From positions 1 through 59,896 of the forward strand of contig CAJPUK010000001.1 in the NCBI GenBank assembly GCA_905373785.1: DNA of 59,896 nt. Reading direction: 5' to 3'. Position 1 is the stretch's first letter. Every line of letters starts with the position of its first letter. Under the pieces are notes generated by a model, which worked only from the letters and a program-made list of their open reading frames with translations, searched no databases and was not told the origin of the DNA. The position numbers and the translations under genes are program-made. This document shows positions 27,101-37,542 of this stretch, in pieces. The DNA comes from an uncultured Johnsonella sp. (GTDB lineage: Bacteria; Bacillota; Clostridia; Lachnospirales; Lachnospiraceae).

Positions 27101-28721
27101 GCTTTCCACCCATACTGCCCGCAAAGCTTGCGTTGGCAAGGTTATTGTTATCAAGGTTGTAAGTAACTACCACCTCGGCGGAACCTTGCGGAGCGGAACC
27201 TGCATTAACGGTAAAGACAGGAGTTCCTGTACTCCATCCGCTATTTGACGGAGGAGAAAAGTTTGAGTTATCATACTGTGTTGAATTACCTACAGATATA
27301 GCCGGCGGCGGATTGGTTGTATATCCGTCCAGTACCGGAGCATATACAGTATAGTTGCCTCCTGATGTAGGAACCTTATATACAAACTTGTCATTAGGAG
27401 TACCGACTGATGCACGTGCCGGTCTGGTAGCTGTAGATGAGTTAATGTCAGCCGCTATATTGCCGGCTACCTTAGCTGCAACTTTATCCGTAAGATTTAC
27501 ACCGTTGGTATCCTCATATCTTACTGACAAGGTCATATAGTAAGCAGGATTACTTGTATAATTATATGTTACCGTCAAACCTTGGTTGATCATCTTACCG
27601 GTAATCATACCCTTGGTGGCAATCGGATCCGTTACAGGTTTATAGGTAATTCCTCCATTGCTAAGTCCCAAAAGGCTTGAGCTGGAAGTGACCGCATTGT
27701 CGTCCGCATTCTTGATATCTACAGAACTCAGCATATACCTGGGTTCCGTATCTCCTCCAACCGGCTCTATAAGACTGCGATCCGGTTTGATATTTTTAGT
27801 GGCAAGATCCGTATTAACCGCAAACTCTCTAAGAGTTCTGTCTACAACAGGAGTACCTCCGTCAAGTTTATGCTTTACCTTGATACTGAATAATTGACTG
27901 TTATCAACCTCATACCTAAAAGCAACTTCAAGCGGTTTATTAACCATGGTACCGTTAACCTGACCGTTCTCATACTTAAAGTTCTTGCCGGTATCGCCTG
28001 CAAATATGTGATCTCCATTGGTGGTATCCTTAAAAACATCAGGATTGCTGCTCATCTTTACCTTTGAGCTTACACCGCCGACAGCGGCAAGCTTATAACC
28101 CGGTATAATCTTCGGTGATGCCTGCACACCTTCCAATACATGCCTGCTTTCAGTAATTTCTACATTCAACTCTGAAGGAACCACCACATCGGTACTTACA
28201 GGTTTGTGACTTTCTTTGTATTCATATACCTTATCGGTAGAAGGATCCGCAGCAAGTACCGCTATGTACTTTGTCCCATCTACATAAGGATAATATTGCT
28301 CATCCATAAAGTTTTTATTAGAATGATTATAAATTGATGCTTTATCCCTATACCAGCCGGTGATTACATAACCGTCAAGCTTAAAATCTTCACCATTAAA
28401 AGTTGCATGGTTACCTGTGTGGTTAAATCCCCCGTTCCAGTAAGGCATATATATATTGCCGGTACTATTAGCTAAAAATCTTCCTGTTGTCGGTGCTCCG
28501 GTAGTAGTAGGTATTGAATCACCTGGATTTTTAACTGGCGTAAGCTGATTTGGGTTTATAGTAATATTCTGCACCGTACCTACCGACGGAGTCATTTCTG
28601 TGAAATCAAAAGCTATATCACCTACAGCCGCATGTGCCGGCACTGCCGGTGCTGCCATGGTAAGCACCATGGCAGCAGTCAGTGTAACTGCAAGTTTTCT
28701 TTTAATATTTATCTTTTTCAT
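24177..28721 (-). CDS. Giant surface protein, shaft-only type (1514 aa)
   Basis: Signal peptide (AHA-A); MucBP-like and InlB-B-repeat-like units (GY...GW), FN3-like units, helical FIVAR-like segment, Gly/Ser linker, C-terminal cell-wall-binding repeats (GKWYYL, TPDGYKVN). Confidence 0.85.
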   Translation of the reverse strand: MKKINIKRKLAVTLTAAMVLTMAAPAVPAHAAVGDIAFDFTEMTPSVGTVQNITINPNQLTPVKNPGDSIPTTTGAPTTGRFLANSTGNIYMPYWNGGFNHTGNHATFNGEDFKLDGYVITGWYRDKASIYNHSNKNFMDEQYYPYVDGTKYIAVLAADPSTDKVYEYKESHKPVSTDVVVPSELNVEITESRHVLEGVQASPKIIPGYKLAAVGGVSSKVKMSSNPDVFKDTTNGDHIFAGDTGKNFKYENGQVNGTMVNKPLEVAFRYEVDNSQLFSIKVKHKLDGGTPVVDRTLREFAVNTDLATKNIKPDRSLIEPVGGDTEPRYMLSSVDIKNADDNAVTSSSSLLGLSNGGITYKPVTDPIATKGMITGKMINQGLTVTYNYTSNPAYYMTLSVRYEDTNGVNLTDKVAAKVAGNIAADINSSTATRPARASVGTPNDKFVYKVPTSGGNYTVYAPVLDGYTTNPPPAISVGNSTQYDNSNFSPPSNSGWSTGTPVFTVNAGSAPQGSAEVVVTYNLDNNNLANASFAGSMGGKLMVGNTEYDASNIAHQVSFIKQNKIASPRTYDLVIPSGKLPTPVADDGYKFVSWQLDKKDGNGYVDITVPGTYTLPDPTPSVPPTPDLVKFKARFAEDPDQWSTFRFQIADSSLTDNGLTTSVKLVNKQGGLPRILKWSDVNTTDLQNAVTAPAGKTVKWFDENSQEMRNDSVLVNNATYKAYAVSPSTGTVNVPTVTPVVDPISGVPSLRVTSAIDTDLRYIVTDQTGRVVLDVPGTSLVAGGNISGTGINPGYTYRVHTALSGAAGITVGQPIPAAGSDISAGSPDVTVPATATPPAVIEDPNNPGRRTIIITPVAPDTEYKLVDAAGNEVYDYVAPISGKVEFTDLDPNVNYTVVPRRSGDTLTAPPNSAGVVVNTGTLTPLVMPRKVSLILPSGMLPQVAKLDGSSVTAQLERLNSVQPGTLVEITLRSIDMSTNNIFSGNFVTTGITNPNITGTYISFTMPNNDVTVQAVYSAPGVTWDSGTPPSSTGGNPVLDQSNGKVAVEVPNITTPGEYRLRIVRDTNVPDTIKDDIQAQEGDTPYTALWQAKAVVEVWNGSAWETYTGNVDALRATFNTGSLTQGNREYRLYESVASASNATRLNGTYEAEWTQANYTGSFETAITNGSVYTFGYIEHPSYNIRIKSTREGSVNIGVFVRRGKSLSDYADKYQAELDREKALPDIDINGITWIFRGLSSSRTEFVEYDDTKIANSDGVIYIYFDNDRKSREDAFGELRKGITEAANIAASANPGTQARIQDAIDEANQVLNMSTPRKASKEELRNAYTKLRNTLMELLGGGSGSGGSGGGSGGGGAMTTNSGKSIKVGTDGTWQLVDEQRHIWHFNLTSGSKITGWARLAYTSNGVTKTGWYHFNSGGDMDAGWFESGGKWYFLSTVHNGFYGEMLTGWYYDTTSGKWYYLDESGAMVVGWYNIGGKWYYLSNTASNNQPYGSLYVSTSTPDGYKVNENGEWIQ

Positions 28722-28738
28722 CTGCTCTCCTTTTCACT

Positions 28739-31700
28739 CTAGCGTACCCACTCACCGTCATGGTTTACTTTATAACCATCCGGTGTAGTCTCGCTTATAT
28801 AAAGTGATCCATAAGGGCGTCCATCATTGCCGACACTGAAGTAATACCACTTATCACCTATCATGTGCCAGCCGACATACATCTCTCCCACTACCGGGTC
28901 GAGATAATACCACTTGCCGTCTTTATAAAGCCAGCCGATTTGCATAACACCGTTTTTCTTGCCGGCTTCTTCCGACATATAGTACCATTTGCCGCTGCTC
29001 TCATCCCTATACCATCCGGTTATAAGGCTTGATTGCTTGTCAAATCTGTACCAGTCTGTAACAAGTTTTCCTTTATCATTGCTATATTGGATCTTAGCCC
29101 ACTTATTATTAAGAGGCAGACCTCCTTGAAGTACGAATGACCATCTGCCGGTTACAGGATTTATCTCCCAAGCACCGTCTACTCCGAGAGTAAAGGTGAT
29201 TTGCGGATTAGATGTGAAAGCACTGGTCTTAGTACCCATTCCTCTTCCGCCGGAGCCTGAACCGCCACCGCCGCCGCCTATACGGGAGCTTAGGTTATTT
29301 CTTCTTTGATCGATAAGCCTGTTCATCTCGTCAACTATTCTTCTCAAGGCATCTATAGCATCTTGAAGCTCAGGGTAGTTAGCCATTCTTTCAGCTATTC
29401 TATCCCACTCGGTATCAAATCTGCCTCTCTTCCTGTCAAGAACATTTTGTGCTATTCCTATAGCTATCTTAAGTCTTTCAACTTCACCTTCCCTAAGATA
29501 CGGATCCAAGGTAAGATTATTAGCCACTCCTACAAGATCGGTCAGATCAACTCTTGCCTTTGCTACAGCCTTTTTATTGGTCTTATAGTAAGCATAGATA
29601 GGCATGGTCTTGGTAACCTCTGAATTCGAATCAAAGATAAGACCCGGAACCGGCTCGTTATCGGTGTCCACCGTATCTATGTTCTTCTTATACCAATCCT
29701 TAAAGATATAGGTTACACCATCTATTCCGTCAAACGGACTTTCAAGGTGCAAAGCACCGCTTCCGTCTACATAGCTTGTTACTACGCCGTAATCCGCAGC
29801 ATACTCACTTGCAGACACATGATCTTTCTTTCTTACCTTAATCTTCTTATAGAAGTTCCTGCTTGTATCATTATCAGGATATACAGAATTCTTTACCGGA
29901 GTATTATCGATAAAGTACAGCTTAAATGTCTTAGCGTATACCAATACATAGGTATGGTTAACGTTGGCATCGAAACTGAAGAGTCCGGCATTGTCCGCTA
30001 CAGGTTCAACTATAGCAATCTGTGTTGCTGTAGTAGGTGTTGTAGCATTCCATGTGGCATCTACATTAAGACCCAGATCCCAGATCTCATAGTCGAGCAT
30101 ATCTGTATCCTGGTTATCAAGCTGCACAACCGCCTTAAGATAAGCATTGGACGGTGAAGCATTTTGCACCAATCTTCCATCTACATATCTTTCTTCCTTG
30201 ATATCAAGGGCGAAGGCTGCCGTGAAAGCGTTAGGATATCTGTTCCATAAGGTTGAAGGCACAGCCTTAACTACATCAACTTCAGGAGTCTTGGCAGTTC
30301 TCTTATTAAATACTATCTTGTAACGTACATCAGCTCTGTTCACATTTATAAGGCTTACATCTGTAGGATTGCTGAGATCCTGCTCAAGCTGAGGTATTCC
30401 GTTAGGATCAAGTGCAAACTCGCCCTCTGAACCGCCTCTTGTAACTTCCTCTACAGGAGCTATCTTATCACCTGCCGGGTTAAATCTCGGAAGGTCGTAA
30501 ACCGCTCTGAATACTACATTACTCTTGCTTAACTTTCCTGAATAATCATTGGAATTTATTCTTCCGGTTACACCCGGGATTCTTCCGTTCATAATTATCC
30601 AATATAAGAAGTGATTACCGTTAGAGTCTGTAGGATCTGCATGTATGCTGAATTCATCATTCTCATGAATTTTGTCATAAGAAGGTGCATTTATAGCCTC
30701 GCCTCTTACGGTTCTTACTTCAACATTGGCACCTATTCCGTTAGTTCTGGTCTCTATGGTGTAGTTTATAGCCTCTACCATATCGCCCGGATTAGCTACT
30801 ACCTGAACACCTGCGTGAATATTTCCAAGCGGTGTCTCTGTAGGATTGCCTTTCTTTCTTGCAACCACTGTATAGGTCTCGCCTATATCAAGGTTATCAA
30901 ATGTTACTGTCGGAGGGTTATTACCCTTTGGTGTCATCCATCCGTTATCAGAGCCCGGATATTGAACTACATTACCGTTTGAGTCGATAAGTGCGTAGTC
31001 GGCATCGGGGTCAGCCGGATTGATTACTATTTGAGCCTTTCCTTCATTATTAGGATCGGCTCCGACAGCCTTGTTGGTATCTATAGAAGGTATGGTAACA
31101 GGCTTAGGTGCCGATACATTACTTCCTCCTATGCTGCTTTCAGGTTGTCCTATTGTAGCTGTTGTATCAGGTCCGCCTTCTCTTACATTGTAAGTTCTTC
31201 CCGGTACCAAGCTCTTAAACTCAAGCTCGGTTCCTGTAGGCGGTCCCGGAAGTACTCCTACTATTATGCCGTCCGGATCGCTTACTACATATACATTACC
31301 CGGTTGTGTACCGTGTACATGTATCTCACCGCTACCGTCAAAGCCTATATGGCCGGTAGCACTGAATGCTCCCGGAACAAGTCCCCAAGTTGAACCTATC
31401 TTACCGAAGTTAGCCTTGTAAGTACCTGCTGTTACGGTATCTGTAGGTTTCATGATACTTCCTGCAGGTGAGGTCCAATTCTTTAACTCATAGTTGGCTA
31501 TAGGAGTGGTAGGAGGTGTTACTACATTGCTCCATACTTCATCAAAGTGAAGATGCTGCGGACTTCCTCCCGGTATATATGTACCTGTAGGATTCACTGA
31601 ACCGAGTGCGGGGTCTGCAGTAACGAAGTCTATATCCACCCACTTGCTCGGATCTTCCACAAGTCTTACATAGATAGTTCTTACTCCCGGCGGCGGAACA

Positions 31701-34700
31701 ATTGCAAGCTTCATATTATCAACCATAGGTATGGTTCCTGCCGGATCCAAGTACCAACCTTCTACCATATGATAAGGATCGGGTGTTACTGTAGGCAGTA
31801 TACCAAGTGCCTTTATGGTTCCGAAGGTTTGAGCATATTGATCACCGGCAGCAGTTCCGTCACTAAGAAGCACAGGTCTTGCCGAGGTAGTCGGTGATAT
31901 AGTTCCCGTACCCAATGAATTAGTGGTAAATGCGAAATTAATATGCTGCCACTTACTCATATCCTTACTTAATCTGTAATCCGCTATAACTCCGCCTGAC
32001 AGAGGCATAGTTCCGAATAAGTCTCCGGTAGCCGGATTGGCTGAGACCTGTGTTCCCGGAGGTGTTATATTAACACTGGAATTCGTGTCATATACATATC
32101 CGTATAGCTGCGGCATACTTGCAATAGCCGGAACCGATACACTGCCGTTCGGTGTCTGGTTAGTCACATCACTGTGTATAACCTTGGTTAACTCCTCTCT
32201 GTCTGTAAATCTTCTTGTTATTGCAGAAGCGGAGTTTGAATTATAAATGAACTTAATTGTTACATCCTGGTTAGGCATATAGCCCTGTACCTGACCGTTA
32301 AGCTGGTCAATACCGGTAAGCAGCACTCCGTTAAGTCCTACTCTGAACTGACTTGGAATATCATCTGCACCGGCTGCTATCTCTGTTCTGAAATAGTCAT
32401 ATCCCGGTAAGGTTATCTTAGATACGGTAAATGGCTGCTCCGCTCTTCTTTGTAATGTTGGAGTGTTTGTCCTTATTATGTTACCGGCACTGTCCACATG
32501 TATTACATTAAGATTAAACAGTGTATTTGGATCTACCGTGTATCTGTAAAGCAAGCTTATTCCAAGAGGAGGCATGTTGCCGGTAAAGCTTCCGGTAGCC
32601 GGATCCAACACTCCCTTATTCGGAGTTCTTGAAGAAGTTGCATATCTGTAACCCGGTACATTCACAGGCATTTCATTTATAGGATCATCTACATGTAAAT
32701 TACGTGTATCCGTACCGAAGGTAAGCGGAAGTGAAGCTGTTGTATTCCTGTAGGTTATACCGATCGGATACGTTCCGCTTCCCGGAGACCACTTTGCATA
32801 GTACCTATGTGTACCTTCTGCCGAAGCATGGGGTACCAGATAAGCTGCAAGCTGTGTACCGCCGGGTACTTCTTCTCCGGCATCATACTTACCGTTTTGA
32901 GGATTGGTATCGTTAAACGGGAACCATCCGTCAAACTGGTAACCTGTCCTTTGTACCTGCGGTAATGCTCCAAGTGTGGAAGCAACTGCTCCCGGGTTAA
33001 CAGTTTCAAACTTATTTATAACCGCACCGCCGTTATTCGGATCGAATACATAATTAATACCGATCTTTTCCAGTTTGATAGTTATATTAACGTTTTTAGC
33101 CGGCATGGTTCCTGTTACATCACCGGTTGAAGAGATACTGACACCCTCACCGGTTGCAGTTGCCGGCTCTACGGTATAACTACTGTACTTCCAACCGTTA
33201 AAGATGGTAGGGAACGATTTATTAAGTATCATACCTGCCGCCGCATCCGACTTGTTTACATCCTGTTTCGGTCTGGAAGGCAGTTGGACAGCAAATTCAC
33301 TATGTACAACCGGATCCTGCATGGACTTACCGTTATGATCTACGTAGTAGATATTAAGTGAATACATACCTGCCTGTATGTATATACGTCCCGGTACCTG
33401 CGATTGGGTAGTACCTGTAATCGTATTGGCAGTTGATCCGCCTACGGTAGAAGTACCTTCTTTATCAGCTTTAAAGTTGCTTCCGGTATACGGAATGGTA
33501 GTTCCCGTAAAAGTTACCGCTTCTGTACCCTCAGTTGTCTTTGTAGGGGATTGTACAACAGATATACCTATCTTAGATGAAGAATCCAAGCTTTTTTTAT
33601 CGACATGGATAACTTTACCGCTTCCAAGCCTTACATTAGCTTGATTTCTGTTGTCTGCGGTAGTATCTTTGTTTTTATTGGCATCGATAGTTACTTCACC
33701 TGCTATATCCATAGCTTTAGCAGCTGTGCTATCTATGTGCACCGCTGAACCGTTTATAGCTTCGTTACCGGTGATAATACCGTCTCTCATCTCAAGAGTA
33801 GCTGTACCGGTAATTGAGATAGCACTTGCCTTATCGGCATTGGTTGCCACATCAGGATCAAGCTTATTGTTGATAAGCTGTGACTTCGCCCTGGTTTTTA
33901 CTTCACCGGCGGCAGCCGTAATCAAAGCTTCATTAGCTTTTACACCACCTGTACTGTTACCATCGATAATAACATCACCTACAGTCAGTTTGGCACCGCC
34001 TTGTACATTAAACAAAGCTCCTTTAAATTGCATTGCAGGATTATTTTTATCATGTTCAGATCTTATGATTTTCTTTCTGGGTGCAGTATAAGCTACCGGC
34101 TCAGGTATGGTAGTTTCATAACTATTAAGTGCCGGTGCATTGGCCGGTCTTTCAAATTCTGAAGTGGTAAGAGTAATATCCATACCTGAGGGAATATCAA
34201 CAGTCTCATCAATTTTAGCATCACTTTGAAGTGCTATATAACCCTTTGTAACACCATTAGTACTCATATGACTAACTGCTTCTTTTATAGACTTATACGG
34301 TTTTGCTATAAAGCCGTTAGAAGAACCCGTATATGTAGGGTCTACATAATAAACTGCCGTTCTCATTCTTACTGCAAATCTTGCAGTTTTGGTCTCATGT
34401 GGCTCCATATCCATATAGGCTGAGAAAGCTGCTGCGGAGTCTCCTACATTTGCGAAAGCTTTCTTACTCTTAACAAAGATAAAACCGTCATGATATACGT
34501 TTCCCGTTGCCTCCCAGTGCCCTATCCAGCTTCTAAGTTCACTTCTGTCCGTACCCGGTCTTTTTGTAATGCCTATACCGAGCTTATCGTTACCGGCATG
34601 GGTAAGAAGTTTAAAATCAGTAAACTGATAGGGATCTCCACCTTCACCCGCATCACCATGAGAAGCGAACATTGTAATACCCTGATCCTTATCTCCTGCA

Positions 34701-35464
34701 CCGGTTTGCTCGGTGACTATTATAGGACAGTCATCTGATTGATGCATCATAGTATCCGTCTCATTACCTATCCAAAAATCTATATGTGAAGCCGACTTAT
34801 TATGTACGGTATATTCGATAATTACATATTGCTCGTCATCGGATATCTTTACACTTCTTCTTACTTCTACTTTATTATTAGCATTATTCGGGTCAGTTAA
34901 CTCTGTCACCTTACCGTTACCGACATTGGCAGGAAAGTTTTGTAACCTGTTTTTAGTATCGTTTGTGATAGAAGTACTGCCGGGAGTAGAATTTGACCAT
35001 GATATGCTGGGGGTAACCTCAGTCTCGGTACCGAAAGCATACCTTGAGTGCCACCAGTTACCTACACTTATATTGCCCTTATAACCGGTAATAACATCCA
35101 AGTTATAACCTGCCTTAGCGTCAGTTCTGCTGGCTGCCGTTTTTACAGCTGAGATATTAAATGTAGCACTCTTTGCAGAATTATATTGTCTATTAGTAGT
35201 AGGACCATCACCACCACCAAGAGCTGAAGGATTGGGCTCATTTCCCACTACATAAGCCGTACTTTCACCACTGTCATAAACAGCCGGGGCACCGAACTCC
35301 GTTCCGGTCTTGGTATAATCCGTACTTATAGTCTCATCCTGCAACACTGTTGCCGCATGAGCCGTACTGCCTCCAAGTGCGGGCAGTCCGCTCAGTACCA
35401 TAGCCGCTGAAAGTATACCTGACAGCAGTCGCTTATGGACTTTGCTTAATTTTCTTAGTTTCAT
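28739..35464 (-). CDS. Giant surface protein, head + beta-helix + shaft type (2241 aa)
   Basis: Signal peptide; N-terminal head; YYVDP...PYKSI.EA beta-helix entry; GxMP repeats; FN3-like units; Gly linker; cell-wall-binding repeats. Confidence 0.85.
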   Translation of the reverse strand: MKLRKLSKVHKRLLSGILSAAMVLSGLPALGGSTAHAATVLQDETISTDYTKTGTEFGAPAVYDSGESTAYVVGNEPNPSALGGGDGPTTNRQYNSAKSATFNISAVKTAASRTDAKAGYNLDVITGYKGNISVGNWWHSRYAFGTETEVTPSISWSNSTPGSTSITNDTKNRLQNFPANVGNGKVTELTDPNNANNKVEVRRSVKISDDEQYVIIEYTVHNKSASHIDFWIGNETDTMMHQSDDCPIIVTEQTGAGDKDQGITMFASHGDAGEGGDPYQFTDFKLLTHAGNDKLGIGITKRPGTDRSELRSWIGHWEATGNVYHDGFIFVKSKKAFANVGDSAAAFSAYMDMEPHETKTARFAVRMRTAVYYVDPTYTGSSNGFIAKPYKSIKEAVSHMSTNGVTKGYIALQSDAKIDETVDIPSGMDITLTTSEFERPANAPALNSYETTIPEPVAYTAPRKKIIRSEHDKNNPAMQFKGALFNVQGGAKLTVGDVIIDGNSTGGVKANEALITAAAGEVKTRAKSQLINNKLDPDVATNADKASAISITGTATLEMRDGIITGNEAINGSAVHIDSTAAKAMDIAGEVTIDANKNKDTTADNRNQANVRLGSGKVIHVDKKSLDSSSKIGISVVQSPTKTTEGTEAVTFTGTTIPYTGSNFKADKEGTSTVGGSTANTITGTTQSQVPGRIYIQAGMYSLNIYYVDHNGKSMQDPVVHSEFAVQLPSRPKQDVNKSDAAAGMILNKSFPTIFNGWKYSSYTVEPATATGEGVSISSTGDVTGTMPAKNVNITIKLEKIGINYVFDPNNGGAVINKFETVNPGAVASTLGALPQVQRTGYQFDGWFPFNDTNPQNGKYDAGEEVPGGTQLAAYLVPHASAEGTHRYYAKWSPGSGTYPIGITYRNTTASLPLTFGTDTRNLHVDDPINEMPVNVPGYRYATSSRTPNKGVLDPATGSFTGNMPPLGISLLYRYTVDPNTLFNLNVIHVDSAGNIIRTNTPTLQRRAEQPFTVSKITLPGYDYFRTEIAAGADDIPSQFRVGLNGVLLTGIDQLNGQVQGYMPNQDVTIKFIYNSNSASAITRRFTDREELTKVIHSDVTNQTPNGSVSVPAIASMPQLYGYVYDTNSSVNITPPGTQVSANPATGDLFGTMPLSGGVIADYRLSKDMSKWQHINFAFTTNSLGTGTISPTTSARPVLLSDGTAAGDQYAQTFGTIKALGILPTVTPDPYHMVEGWYLDPAGTIPMVDNMKLAIVPPPGVRTIYVRLVEDPSKWVDIDFVTADPALGSVNPTGTYIPGGSPQHLHFDEVWSNVVTPPTTPIANYELKNWTSPAGSIMKPTDTVTAGTYKANFGKIGSTWGLVPGAFSATGHIGFDGSGEIHVHGTQPGNVYVVSDPDGIIVGVLPGPPTGTELEFKSLVPGRTYNVREGGPDTTATIGQPESSIGGSNVSAPKPVTIPSIDTNKAVGADPNNEGKAQIVINPADPDADYALIDSNGNVVQYPGSDNGWMTPKGNNPPTVTFDNLDIGETYTVVARKKGNPTETPLGNIHAGVQVVANPGDMVEAINYTIETRTNGIGANVEVRTVRGEAINAPSYDKIHENDEFSIHADPTDSNGNHFLYWIIMNGRIPGVTGRINSNDYSGKLSKSNVVFRAVYDLPRFNPAGDKIAPVEEVTRGGSEGEFALDPNGIPQLEQDLSNPTDVSLINVNRADVRYKIVFNKRTAKTPEVDVVKAVPSTLWNRYPNAFTAAFALDIKEERYVDGRLVQNASPSNAYLKAVVQLDNQDTDMLDYEIWDLGLNVDATWNATTPTTATQIAIVEPVADNAGLFSFDANVNHTYVLVYAKTFKLYFIDNTPVKNSVYPDNDTSRNFYKKIKVRKKDHVSASEYAADYGVVTSYVDGSGALHLESPFDGIDGVTYIFKDWYKKNIDTVDTDNEPVPGLIFDSNSEVTKTMPIYAYYKTNKKAVAKARVDLTDLVGVANNLTLDPYLREGEVERLKIAIGIAQNVLDRKRGRFDTEWDRIAERMANYPELQDAIDALRRIVDEMNRLIDQRRNNLSSRIGGGGGGSGSGGRGMGTKTSAFTSNPQITFTLGVDGAWEINPVTGRWSFVLQGGLPLNNKWAKIQYSNDKGKLVTDWYRFDKQSSLITGWYRDESSGKWYYMSEEAGKKNGVMQIGWLYKDGKWYYLDPVVGEMYVGWHMIGDKWYYFSVGNDGRPYGSLYISETTPDGYKVNHDGEWVR

Positions 35465-35480
35465 ATTACACTCCTCTCCT

Positions 35481-37103
35481 CTAGTTGAAAATCACAAATT
35501 GGGAGTCGGTTTTATCATCTGTGCCGTGCGCTGCAGTTATCCTGTCTCCAAATCTGTCATTGCCCTTTTTAGAAGAATCATACATATAATAAGATCCGTT
35601 CTTAAATTTAGGGGCACTTGGACTTTCAGAACTGCTTACTCTTGCAAAGAATTGATTATTCATTATTATTATCCAAGAGTCTGAGCCGTCTTTAAGCACT
35701 TTTTTATTACCTTTTACCACTCTGCCGTCTTTGTTTACAACAAACCATGCGTCACTTCCTTGATCGGCATCTTTTACTATTCCGTATCCGATATCTTCAT
35801 TGGCATCAAGTCTCAGACCGTTATAGTAGAACCTATTCAAATGACGCACCAATCTGAATCCTGCTCCGTATGCTATTCCGTTAGGCTTAAATCCGAATAC
35901 TGCCGGTCCGTCTGCGATTTCTATATAAATCTCATCGCCTGTCTTCATGGATCCGTCATTTAATTCGTCCGCTCCGAAGAGGTATAAGTTTCCTCTGTCT
36001 AATGCAGGGATCTCAGAGTGAGCCTTATCCGCAAGGAAGTCCGCCTTACTCCAAGTATCCACTTCATAAGCCTTAGCAAAGGTTCCGTCATAATACATAA
36101 TTACAAAACCTGTCTGCATACGTCCGAGCTTGTCGAAGGCATACTTTTTGTTATATACACTGTATATTTTATTCTTATAAAGTTTGCCCTCCGAATTGGT
36201 TCTGAACCAGCTAAACTCCTGGGCGTTGTAATCATGATCCGACATTCCCTCGTTGGCAACTCTAAATGACCAATAGTCTTTTTTAAGTTGTCCATCGTTG
36301 GAGTCTGCGGAATATCTGTACTTTGCATCGCTTGAGGTGGCATTTACTGTGGCATTGCTTACTGATATTCCGGGTATCATAATACCGTTCTCATCAAATA
36401 CATAAGTTTTACCGTCTATCTCCTTTGTCTTAGCAGAGGATAATGTATTGCTTTTCACCTTTTTGCCGTCTGTATCAAAGTACATCCACATCAGCCCATA
36501 ATCCGAGTATTCCCTTTGACCTAATTGACTGCGCATATCCGTTTCTGCAACTTCATTGTACAAATACCATTGTCCGCTGTACATAGCTCCGTCTTCTCCA
36601 AAGTAATATAAAGCATCTACGAATTTGTTACTTGTACTTTCATCCACCGGATATCCGTTCTCATTAACAAGTCCGGTAACCATCTTGCCGTCCCCGTCAA
36701 ATATGTACTTTTTCCCGTTTATTGACTTGGGTGCAATCTTTTCCGAAATACTCTTATAAGCTTTGCCGCTTTCATTAAAATAATACCAATTTGTAAGATT
36801 GGCATCATCCGCATCAGCCAGTCCCTTCCACTGGTTGACATACATGGCACCATCACTTCCCACATAATAGAGATTATCATTATCTTTTATAAGGCTGTCC
36901 TTAAGCATAAGTCCGTCTGCCCCCAGATAATAATATTTTTTATCCTCAGATCTTCTCCATGAGTCAGTTACGATGGTTCCGTCGTTCTCAACATACTTCC
37001 AACCACCGTCTTCTTCTTTCCATTGACCTGCAAGTGCAGGTAAACTTAAAGAAATTGTAAGCAGCGAAGTCATGAGTCCTACTTGCCAAAACTTAACTCT
37101 CAT
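35481..37103 (-). CDS. Cell-wall-binding-repeat protein, first gene of module (540 aa)
   Basis: Signal peptide ALA-G; INGKKYIFD, KYAFD.LGRMQTG, LNDGSMKTG; paralogue of 49446-51113. Confidence 0.85.
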   Translation of the reverse strand: MRVKFWQVGLMTSLLTISLSLPALAGQWKEEDGGWKYVENDGTIVTDSWRRSEDKKYYYLGADGLMLKDSLIKDNDNLYYVGSDGAMYVNQWKGLADADDANLTNWYYFNESGKAYKSISEKIAPKSINGKKYIFDGDGKMVTGLVNENGYPVDESTSNKFVDALYYFGEDGAMYSGQWYLYNEVAETDMRSQLGQREYSDYGLMWMYFDTDGKKVKSNTLSSAKTKEIDGKTYVFDENGIMIPGISVSNATVNATSSDAKYRYSADSNDGQLKKDYWSFRVANEGMSDHDYNAQEFSWFRTNSEGKLYKNKIYSVYNKKYAFDKLGRMQTGFVIMYYDGTFAKAYEVDTWSKADFLADKAHSEIPALDRGNLYLFGADELNDGSMKTGDEIYIEIADGPAVFGFKPNGIAYGAGFRLVRHLNRFYYNGLRLDANEDIGYGIVKDADQGSDAWFVVNKDGRVVKGNKKVLKDGSDSWIIIMNNQFFARVSSSESPSAPKFKNGSYYMYDSSKKGNDRFGDRITAAHGTDDKTDSQFVIFN

Positions 37104-37455
37104 AATACCCCTTTCTTAGTTTTGTAATTGCTTAAAACCCACATGCTGCAAGAACGATTATATAATTGCATCTTCCATACTTTGTCCTCCTTTTTTTAGG
37201 TGCATCCACTGTTTAAATTTAAATACATTTAGTGGATTATACCTGTATCTTAACATTTGGTAAGTAAAAATTCAATAGGATATCATCACTGTTATAATAC
37301 TGTAATAATTGTTTCATAAATTATATATTTCTGCCGGGTATTGACAGTTTACTTTATGTAATAAAAGCAGATAAAAGTGATTTAAATCGGCTGTTTGACC
37401 GCAGGATACTGTATGCCAAAAGGCGATATTTTAAGCACCACAGGCTTAAGATAAT

Positions 37456-37490
37456 AAAAAAAGAGGCTTAAGCCAAGGCTTAAACCCCTT
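37456..37490 (-). terminator. Terminator ending the surface-protein module 51113-37543
   Basis: Minus strand AAGGGGTTTAAGCC-TT-GGCTTAAGCCTCTTTTTT. Confidence 0.8.
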
Positions 37491-37542
37491 CTTTGTTTAA
37501 AGATAAGAATTGTTTATCTTTTTTAATTAATTCTGAAAATGA

